This document shows, piece after piece, positions 49,722 to 60,500 of a DNA stretch of 64,000 nt. The DNA comes from Tubiluchus corallicola (taxonomy: Eukaryota; Animalia; Priapulida). How positions within the stretch are numbered: the first letter of the stretch is position 1; each line of letters opens with the position of its first letter. The position numbers and the translations under genes were made by a program. The notes beneath the pieces were generated by a model that was not told the DNA's origin, searched no databases, and saw nothing but the letters and a program-made list of their open reading frames with translations. The stretch spans positions 270,494 to 334,493 of the forward strand of contig JAQGDQ010000246.1 in the NCBI GenBank assembly GCA_030141605.1. Direction: 5' to 3'.

Positions 49722-51504
49722 TTAAAGTCATCACTGAAATAAATGTTAGCAATACCAACAACAAAGAAACGAACCCCTCCTCGCAAAAACAAATTGTAAC
49801 TTTTCTTAAATCTGATTAAATACAAAATATTAAATAAAAATTATTTCTTTTCCTTCCAGATCTTTAAAAACACTATATTTTTTATGATAGAGCTATTTTT
49901 TCCAATTATTTTCTGAGGCTAGCAAAAAATTTGGTAGCAAGTTCAAAGTAGTCAATACTACAATAGTGAAAAGCACGATGATAGGCCCAAGTTATTTGGC
50001 TGAAAATCGGGGCAGCCACTATACATTATTCGTTTCTTAAACCTATGGAATTTGTTTAAATTAGAATTAGTACGAAACACAAAAAATAGTGACGTCTTGA
50101 ATCAACATAGTAATTTTTTTAGTATTACTATTACAGTAAGCCTACAATTTGCACTTTTAGAGAAGTGAACGAAATGAAATGCATTAACCTTACGTTTGAA
50201 TATCATCATGATCATGTGCCTGTTATATCTATTGTAGACATTGGGCAAGCAGAAATCTAAAATAAAAGAAATTACATAATTAACTTTTTACGTTTGAACG
50301 CACGAGACCAAACTGAAGCGGCAAAAGTTTGGCGCTAGCAACATGGCAAATCTTCGATTGGATCACCAGTCACGTTAAAAGGAGTCATTATTTTGGACGA
50401 GTCACTAGTCCGTCAACAAGTTTCAAAATGTTTGTGATGGATGTTTGCAAAATTCGGACAGTATTTGATATCTGGGGCAGCATCTTCCTTGAAATATGGT
50501 TAGACTACAATATCCTCGAACACACTTACACAGTTGCTCAGCATCACCTCAAACAAGGTAGTGACAAATGAGCTACCCAAACAAACTTTGTAACCTGCTG
50601 CAGTCCGTGCAGTGTTCTGAACACAGAAAACTGATCTGAATTGACAACCTATCAACGATTTTCCTTAAAATCAAATTATAAGCAATCTAAAGTGGTGCCG
50701 GCAGCCTGACTAGCCACTGGCATGGCAGTGTCTAGTGTTTTGCTGGATTACCGCTGTATTTACCTGTCTTGAGGGTGGATTTCTTCTATTTTAGAATTTT
50801 GCTTGCCCAATGTCTACGAATGACGTAACGAGCATATGATGGTGAATCTGATTTTGTTGTTTGTAGAGAACTCGAAGAACGGTAACAAAACCATTACCAA
50901 CACATTTACTTTCAACGTAAATTATTTCGACCCACAACAAAATCTTAGTCTTTTTGGCAGTCCTTTACATCAAGCAGAACATCATCGTATTTGTCCTGGA
51001 ATAGCAATACATGATTCATCTAACCGTTTTAATTATTTTAATTAACCTGGAACAGTTCTGTACATTTATATTTTGTGAAACTTGTTTTTTCCTGCCAAAC
51101 TGTACTCCTGTAAGTCTTGCAGCCTGAGGAAACCCGATTAGCATTGAATTTCATTTTTGTATGCCAGAGGCAATTATTTCAAATAAATTATGTTTATAAA
51201 AAAATCCGATATCGATTTTCCTTTAAGCTGATACAACACCGATTATTTTGAAACTAATACTGCTATTACCAACAAATGATGGGTAGACTAATCCCACTAC
51301 ACAATGACACTACTAAAATTAGCAGCGTTGGACTAGTGCCGCTACTCTGAAACTAGGTAGGCCTAGTGGTAAATGGTTGTAATATCTCTACGTCACAGCA
51401 CTAAATCACTATATTAAGTTTTACGTTCCTTATAAGTTACAGAAATTTTGAAAAATTATTTTTTAAGCAAATAAACTTGTTTGAAGCATGAACAGTAGTT
51501 TATC

Positions 51505-51540
51505 ATATATATATATATATAGATATATATATATATATAT
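51505..51540. repeat. (AT)n microsatellite
   Basis: Visible AT run with one interruption. Confidence 0.95.
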
Positions 51541-51792
51541 GTCATTAAAATGTTCACTCATTATAATAAAATTGCGTAAGCCTCAACGTAAAATTTGAGC
51601 AATCTCGCCGAAATAGTCCATCTGCTTAAAAGCTAAATTTTCTTCTTTCATTAACCTTAAAGTCTTATTCAACACTTAACCAAACAGTGTTTCCGATATT
51701 TTAACTACCGGTAGATTTTTGTCAGTTTGAAAAATCCGCTGCCATTTCACCGCACACACATAAGATATCGTGCTGTGTGAGTTGAATGTGTT

Positions 51793-52830
51793 GGGAGCCG
51801 AGTGGACCACTGAGCCAAAATTGGTCTACTTGGGCTGCTCAAGTAGGACACTAGAGACAGGTCGCGAATTGAGTCGTTAAGTGTACTGACACCATCCGTT
51901 GTGCTTGTTTATGTAATAATAATAATTAAAAACGTTAGTACACGTTGAATAATTTATTATACATCTAATAAAATAAAAGTATTTTATTTTGAGCTGGTAG
52001 AACGGAAAGTGTTGTTGAAGTGAAAAAAAACCACTTTTTTGCGAATTCAGCATTTGTTTAAGGTATATCATTTTTGATTTTGTCTCACTTCACAAACAGG
52101 TGATCCGTTTCACTACCACTTGGGCAAATAATTTTTTCTTATAAGTAAACGTTCTAGCGATCTATGTGTCCTACATGGGCTAGCGAGCCATGTAGGACAG
52201 TGCCCCTACATGTTACAATACTACTGATAATATTAAAACTAATTATCCTTGTTTTTCTTAAATGTTAAAAATTACTTTTTGGTGTTGTGAAGGCTTAGCA
52301 GCATCTGTCTCATTTTTAAATTTGTATTTCTGTAATAACTGTGTGCAGAATTTCTCTCTTTAAAGCATTAGATACTAGGTTTAATGTTATGATATATTAA
52401 TGGAGTTAATCATAACGATGAAATTATTGCAAGAAATGCATTTGTAAATTGCCAAGGAATGTCCATTTCTAAAAGAAATTTTGTATTATGTTTTATTAAT
52501 AATAAATACAAGCAAAGTAAATAACAGGCTAAGCTACAACAATATTACAAAATAACATTTTGGTTGGGCCTCAAAAAACTCAAAAAAGTTATTACTAGTA
52601 ACACAATAAACCAAAACAAAAGATGTAAATACTTTGAACGTGACAACCAACAAGCACAATTTTTAATAAAATGAAGAAACTTTCACAGAATTTTCAAAAA
52701 TTTGACAAAATTACCGATTCTCGACAAAAATCGCTAGTGTCCTACTTGGGCTGCCCATGTAGGACACTACTTTTAGCGCATCGGTTTTACCGGAAGTGGT
52801 CTACTTGGCTCAGTGGTCCACTCGGCTCCC
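51793..52830. mobile_element. ~1.04-kb non-autonomous DNA transposon with perfect 26-bp TIRs
   Basis: GGGAGCCGAGTGGACCACTGAGCCAA (51793-51818) is the exact reverse complement of TTGGCTCAGTGGTCCACTCGGCTCCC (52805-52830). Internal GTCCTAC..GTAGGAC palindromes; no transposase ORF. Confidence 0.85.
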
Positions 52831-54147
52831 TACAGAAGGTTTACACGCAAAATTGGTGTCTGACTAGCAATTTATTATTGATTCGCGATTAAGAAACGGT
52901 TTTCAACAATGGGGGGGGGGGACACATATCAAGTCTAGTTAATTCGTTGTCCACATTTTTGCGGATAAACAAGAAAGTGATATCTGACGATCGATCCTAG
53001 GCTTTCGCAGTACAATTCGATCCGTATTTTCTAGTGAAAGCTTTCGAGACACGGTCGTATTTTTAGTTGCTGCGATCCGGATACGGATCCGTACCTTTAG
53101 TCACTACCTTTTTAAAAAGGTTAAAACACCTGGAGATTTAAACTGCAACATATAAAACTAGGTTATAATCACTATGGTACTTTTGGAAAAGTTACATTTA
53201 AGTATAGTTAATTGTTTATTCAAAATAGCAGAATAACACCACCATGCTAAATTTCGTTGTTGATCAGTCATTTTCCCATGAAAGCACGCTTACTTAAAGA
53301 AGCTGTTTGGATGTGGCAGCATTCCAAACTGGTTCGTAGAAAAATGTTTTATTTTTTAAATTTTATTCAGTAAAACCAAAATGATTTTATCCTTTTATTT
53401 ACCCTGAGAAAGCAAAGGTGTACTGTAAACAGTAAGAAATAAGTTAAAACCATGAGACTCAGGAAAACTGTGAGAGTTGAGGTCTAAGAATGCAAAGCTT
53501 GTCTTAAGGCTTGGGCACAATATGCAGTTGCCTAGGCCTATGTTTTTATATTGTTAATGAGGTATTTCTTCAATAATTACTTGCCTTGTTGCTGACAAGC
53601 CTGATTTCAACCCTTTTTTTGAAATTATAATTATTAATTAAAAGTTTGTGTAAAATAATAATAATAATAACAAATTTTATTTCTTATAATAATATCTGCA
53701 ACAAAATTTTACTATTTTATAATTGATTTTTAAGTGTATGCTGACTTGTTTTGATGTGTTTAACTGAGCAGTTGTGGGCACTATAAGCGGATTAGTTTTT
53801 TCCCAACTCTGAATGTTTAAGGAAATAATTGAAAATTTGTAGTGCACTGTCAAACGAAGAAGCGGTTTAAAGTACCTGCATACAGAAACATTATTGAAAG
53901 AGATACTTATTTCCATTAAGAATGTAGCAGAACATGCCATTAATTTCTAATTAGCAGTAGTTATGTCCCTTTCCATTAAAACTTGAACCATTGGATAACA
54001 CATTTATTAATGATTCAATACCACGAACTGCAGAACACAAGCAAAGACAAACTGTTGGAAAATTTTTTGGAAATTATTTTGGTCTTTCCAGTCATTTTTT
54101 GTCTGCTAAATAGGCACCAATATCACAGATTCATTTGCAACATTATT

Positions 54148-54430
54148 GAATTTAATATTACAACTGGATATTTTTATTACAATTATTACTGCGACTGTAA
54201 ATGTGCTCAAAAATAAGTGTTAATTTTATTATTCACTGCTCATAATTATACCCAATTAATATAGTTATAGAAGAACACAAACAAAAATAGAATGTTGAAT
54301 ATTTTCTGGAAATTAATATTGCAAATGGATATTTTTATTACAATTATTACTGTGACTGTAAATGTGCTCAAAAGTAAGTGTTAATTTTATTGTTCACTGC
54401 ACATAATTATACTCAATTAATATAGTTATG
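54148..54430 (+). repeat. Tandem duplication, 2 x ~120 bp (period ~161), downstream of the FAX stop codon
   Basis: TGGATATTTTTATTACAATTATTACTG.GACTGTAAATGTGCTCAAAA...CAATTAATATAGTTAT at about 54148-54269 and 54309-54430. Confidence 0.9.
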
Positions 54431-54594
54431 AAATTCTCTAAAAACAGCAAGCTACACATTAACAATAATTACTTTCATAGTAAAATCATTCTCAAAATGT
54501 ATACATACAAAAATTGTCAGACTAGAAAAGCTAAATGCTGATGAAAAGCTGCCAGTAAAAATTCTAGAATAATCATCTAATATTGTTTCAAGAA

Positions 54595-56195
54595 TCAATG
54601 TTTTCGTGTTAACAGCTCTTCCCAATCTGGATAAAATTCTGTTTTTATTCGATCAATATAGCTTATAAGATTTGGGCAATGATCTTGCAAAATCTTCCTG
54701 TGAGGATATTTAATTGGAATGTACAATATTTGTCCCAGATGGCCAAATAATACTGCATCAATCTACAATGAGAAAAACACAAATATCAGGTTTCATCAAC
54801 AAAATATTGCAAGAATTTTGTGATAGCTGAGATCATAGAATATAATATCCACTACACGCTGTCAAATCTATCAAATCTTTGGCTGCTGAATACCCTCTAA
54901 TGAAGCTACTGAAGCTCCACGAACAAACCAAATGTTTTACAAGTTTTACGCTTATATTTATACGAATTACTTTTTTATTAAAAAGTGCACAATTTATATA
55001 AAACAATAAACAATTTTGTGTCAGTCTCTTATGATACAGATTAAAATTTTAATAAATTTCTATTTTTAAATACAAGATTCAAAGCCAGTATTTAATATTA
55101 TAGATTTTTCCTGCTATTTCCTAGCCTTTAGCTGTATCTATTCCAGAAGCTTAAATGCGATTAACACTGAATAACACTGAAAAGGAGGAGGTAAAATGTG
55201 TGTGGCCATCAGGGAAGTATTTTTCTGAGAGCTTGATTGCCACTGAATACTTCAGTTAAATAACTGTAAAGCCCTAAGCTGGCACACACAAGTATATTTG
55301 ATTTACTAGTACTTTTTTTAAAACACAACAAATAATATCTATGTTTAAAAAATCTGTGTGCCACTGTTAAAAAGAAACTTTAGATGCTAAACAGAGCATC
55401 ATTAAGCAAGGATTTCATGCACTGCATAAATGTCATGAGTATTTTAATTTGGCTACATAAGAACAGAGTTTCTTACTGTCTCTAATCTTCCTGTCTCTAA
55501 ATCGTCTGAAAGCATTAATAATATTACCTCACTCAGCTCAACACTCTCATTCTGTTATAAGCCCCTTACATTTATTGATAAATTCTGTCAACCTACGTAA
55601 TCTGCCACGCATCATTGTTGTTTCAAGTCATTGCACAATCACTCTGCATGCAAAGCTCTGAATCTCGAGAATTCACTTGGGCAAAAAGGTATGGTTAAGT
55701 TTGTCTTGCATTGACACTTCAACACATTATAAATATTATAAAACTCGCAAAAAAAAGGAAAGCAAAGAGGAAACTTGCATTATGTAATTGGAAAGCTTTT
55801 ATAAAAAATACAAAGACACTACTCTAATCTTTCCAGTTAGACTATATATAATAGTTAACAAGTTAACCACATGCAATCTAACAATTGCAATTAGTGGGAC
55901 CTTTTAAAAAGTCAAAATACCCTTTACATCTCAAAAACTTATTTAGGACATTTTGACTTTTTTTATTGGTTATGACGGTGGCGAGTTTCAAAAAAGCACT
56001 ATCTTATTTTCAAACTTGTAGAACTTTTTGTTGATATGATAATATAAATGCTCATACTTTTGACGGTTTATTGCCCATGAAGTACGTTTTGTCTCCTAAA
56101 TATCCTGAAAGTGCCAATAGATCAACTTGAGCTAACCGTTGCTGATCTTCTGGTGGATGTCGACCAATTCCTAACATCGTCCCTTTTTTCTTGAA
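54595..56195 (-). CDS. FAXC: Failed axon connections homolog (metaxin/FAX GST-like); last two coding exons, upstream exons lie beyond the window
   Basis: Exon 56195-56058 (FKKKGTMLGIGRHPPEDQQRLAQVDLLALSGYLGDKTYFMGNKPSK) joins exon 54762-54595 (IDAVLFGHLGQILYIP...CPNLISYIDRIKTEFYPDWEELLTRKH*) in phase 0 with GT-AG ends. GIGRH, DL.ALS..LGDK.YFMG..P...DA..FGHL and PNL..Y..RIK..F.PDW are FAX-family GST_C motifs. Confidence 0.9.
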
Positions 56196-56365
56196 CTGAA
56201 CAATACAAAAACCATTTAAGCAAATGCCAACTATTAATAAAAAATCACAGTATCAAAAAACTATAACAATTAAGACTTCAGGAGAAACAATTATACCATC
56301 ATAGCTGTAATGATCAATATTGATTGTGGCTATTATTTGCAAGACAGGACAAAACCAATTAAAAT

Positions 56366-57140
56366 TGTAGCGGGTGCATAGGCCCTTTTGGTCTTTATTT
56401 AGTTACTGCCATGGTGCTGCCACCTGTTTGTTTATTTAGTAGACTTGCCTTTTACTGTAGTCACTCTTTTAAAATTGAAGCACCTAATATCCTTGAATAT
56501 ATTCGCTTTTTGATCTTTCGCTCTAGCTATAGTAGTTGTCTGACATTTTACCCGGTTTTTGATTCTCTCGGCCATTGCTCTTGTGTTGTGTCTGAACATT
56601 ATGTCTGTAACTCTCTTACGAGTTTATTGTAGTGACAACGTTGTTGTTGATTCCATGGAGTTCTCATTCCGTCTGTGTAATTGCTAAAGGCTCTAACAAC
56701 GTAAGTCATTATTAATTAATTTCATTGCAGTGGCAGTTTTGTTTTTCAGCTTGTATTTCAATACTTGTGAAGTATTTATTTGATGTTGCAGTTAAAACTT
56801 GATCCATGTAGTTTTTGTGAGCAATAGCTGTTGCGGCGTGTTCCTGTAATACCTTTATGGTATCTTGTGGATCTCATATTGTGTTGTATCTAACCTGATT
56901 GCTCAAACGTTCGTTTCATTTTCTCCTGTTAAAATTTGCTCTTTCAAATCATTGTATTTATTACAGAATAAAGAAACTTTTTGGAGGAACACAAACTGGT
57001 GTTTTGCATCCATTTCATCCTTTATTGTTGAGCTGTTGTCAGTACACCTGGAGGACAGGAGAAGAGATCAAGGGTGCCAACGAGCGTCACATGGAGCAGG
57101 CTCAGGGACGACCTAGATCTGCCCTCTCACCTGTGTTACA
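56366..57140 (+). repeat. 5' LTR (3' end inferred at ...GTGTTACA, 57140)
   Basis: 56366-56993 aligns with 63371-64000 with 8 substitutions and one 2-nt indel by my count. AATAAA at about 56967. The end is inferred from the TG...CA rule only. Confidence 0.8.
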
Positions 57141-57526
57141 CACGCTTTGAGTCTACCGCCGTGCCTGGCTGAACGGAAATGGGATTCATCGCTGCGTAAT
57201 GTTGTATCTACTACTTTGTATATCGTTTAACAGTTTAATTTCATGCTGAAAACGTTTTTAAAGAATTTTGTACAAATTATTTTGTTCAGTATATTACAGC
57301 TATAATGGTTTTGATAGTTTTGTTGTCCTTAACATCTGTTTTGGCAGATTACTAGTTTATCTAGTTTGTGTTTGACATTGCGTACAGTTAATACTGATTT
57401 GATATAATTTGTACTGTGTTAGAGATTCACGAGTGACGCTTCATGCTATACCAAATATTGATTTGTAATTCTATGTAATTAATATTGTTCAGCAATTTGT
57501 TTTGTAGTAGGATAGTGAACTGCATC

Positions 57527-60500
57527 ATGAGTGTTCAGGAAATTAGAGAACGTAAAAGTGCAAGAGGTACAGCCAAGTCGTTAGTGACAAAAAAGATAAA
57601 CCGCATCCGGCAGCTTATGGAAGCTGAATGTGCTTCTGACGATCTTAAGAAAGAAGCTAATGAGTTACATAATTTAGCTAAAGATTTTGAGACTTTGCAT
57701 AAGGAATATCATGGCTTGCTGGAGAGCCAAGAAGAGATTTCACAGTCTCAGAATTATTATGAGGAGGTGATGAACAAGGTTGAGTCTGCTGCAACCAGAG
57801 TAAGACTATACCTCGAGTCGACGGTGGCTCCAGAACTGATTGCTCCACCTCCGCCTGTGGGTTCTTCCTCAACAATGCCACCTGAATCAGTTGTATTGCC
57901 AGACCAACAGCAATTAGGTGCAAAGTCTTTAAAGGAAACATTCAAATATTCAAGGGGTAAATCTTCAAGCAAATCTACGATCAGCAAAGTCAGTACTTTC
58001 AAGGCACGAGCTTCTGCTAAGAAAGCTGCTCTTATTGCTGAAGCCAACATGATAGAACAACAGAATGAGCTTGAAATTGAAGAGCTCAAATTGCAACAAA
58101 AGAAGAGAACACTAAAGCTGCAAACAGATATTGCCAAAGCTAGTGCTGAGGAGCAAGCACTAGCCATCTCTGAAGGAGGAGATTCTGGATCTGATCCAGC
58201 TGCTGATAAAGGCCACCTTTCTTATCCACTTCCTCTGGAGACAGAAACTCGAACTAGAAATTGGGTCCAGCAACAAGCAGATTATAATCATGATTTTAAC
58301 CCTTTGGCTACGGAATTTCAACCAACAATGGCCACAGGTCACCAGGAAGCTTCAAGACCAGATATGCAACAATTGGTCGATATGATGCAACTTCCTCGCT
58401 CTGAACTCGTAAAGTTTAAAGGAGACCCCTCTGAGTTTTGGCTGTTTATGCGTTCATTTGATCAGATGATGGATTCTGCCAATGTGACTGCCGCTTCCAA
58501 GTTGAATAGGCTGCTGCAGTATTGTGATGGAGAAGCCAGAGAAGTTATTCGATGTTGTACTATTTTGGAACCAGAAGCGGGTTACCCTAGAGCTAGAAGG
58601 TTACTGCGAGAGAGATTCGGCAATAGCTTTCAGATTGTGGAATCTTGGGTAAAAAAGCTTACAGAAGGTCCAGCTATTAAACCTAGTGATAGGCGGAGCT
58701 TACAGTTGTTTGCTGATGACTTACGAAGTTATATGATCACACTTGAAGCTATGAAGTGCACTGACGAATTGGATTCTAAAAGAAATATGGTATCCATTGT
58801 CAGACGACTGCCTCTGTTTTTGCAGTCAAGATGGAGGACAAAGGCACTTGAATATCTTGACCAAAACGGCAGATATCCAGCGATCGAACAACTTTCAGAA
58901 TTTCTAGATAGAGCAGCACGGGAGATAAATGATCCTATCTTTGGTGTTCTAGATGCTCAAGCAAAGAGCGAGAAGCCAATGAAAAAAGAAGCTAAAGCAT
59001 TTGTTTTGCAAGGAGAGCCCTCCCGAGCAGCACCACAACCACTGCAACCAAAGTGTGCATTTTGTGAGAACAATCATCGCATTGACAAATGTAAAGATTT
59101 TTTGAAACTCAATGATGCTGGGAGATTCAACTGTGCTCGACAGAAGCGGCTTTGTTTTAATTGCTTAGGCTATAAACATCTGAGCAGAAAATGTTCCAGA
59201 CCTCCTTGTGGATTGGATGGTTGTAAAGACAAGCATTCCAAACTATTGCATTTGTGGTTCCACAACCCGGGTAAAGAAACCAGTGACAGAACAAACACTG
59301 AGAAAGCATCTGAATCAGAAACTGGGGCAACTAGTTGCGTTTGTCAAATGCCTTATCAGCAGAATGCTAAATTGTCTTTACCTGTTGTTTCGGTTATTGT
59401 TAAGACTGCTACAAAATCCATTGTGATACATGCATTGTTGGATCCCGGAAGCAACAAAACATTTTGTTCAAGTGATTTATTAGCTACTTTGGGATTGAAA
59501 GGTATCAAAAGGATTTTGAACTTATCAACACTGAATAATGGTTCAAGTTGTGAAGTCCATGAGATAAGTTTAGAAGTTTGTCCTCATCCAGAAGTGCAGC
59601 CTGATGGGAAAAGCATTAATTTAGAAAAGGTGTACGCTATACAGAAATTCCCTTCTTTGAGAAATGCTGTTATATCACGTTCGGAAGCTAAACAATGGGA
59701 CCATTTGAAAGATCTTCCATTACCTTGTATCAATTCATACGAGGATGTGATGATACTAATTGGGCAAGATAATGCTGATGCCTTCATGCCTTTGGAATTA
59801 AGAGCTGGGAAATCTGGCGACCCATATGCCATAAAAACACCTCTGGGATGGACTGTGAATGGTAACTTATCTATGCCTCTGCCATCTGCACTCATTCCAG
59901 AAGCGATTGTGAATCTTACTGTCTCGGACAATAAGTTGTCAGATCAAGTCAAGTGTTTTTGGCACATAGACTCTTATGGAACAGGCGATGTCCCTGAAAT
60001 GTCTCTGGATGACCTAAGAACCTTGGAAATATGGAACCAATCCATTGTGAAAGAGAATGGTCACTACATGATGGACATCCCATTCAAAGAATACCCACCT
60101 GGTCTTCCAGACAATTTTGACATGGCAAAAAGACGTCTCATGTTCTTAAAAAGAAAACTTGAGAAGGATCCAACTATTTGCGAGAAATACTTAAAAAACA
60201 TGGTTGACCTTTTTGAAAAGGGATTCGCTGAAGCAGTTGATAATCCTTTTGCCCCTACCGAGTGTACTTGGTACCTACCACACCATGGTGTTCAGACTCC
60301 CACAAAGCCTAAGCTCAGAACAGTTTTTGATTGTTCAGTCAAGTGTGATGATATGTCTTTGAACACGAAGGTATTCCAAGGACCAGACTTGACTAGTTGC
60401 TTAATAGGAGTTCTTCTTCGGTTTCGGGAGGCACACTTTGCAGTCATGTCCGATGTGGAAGCAATGTTCAATCAAGTTTTAGTCACACCTAAGCATCGAG

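Noticed and set aside
52911-52921. Poly-G run as G-quadruplex or regulatory site
   Set aside because: Single homopolymer with no supporting context.
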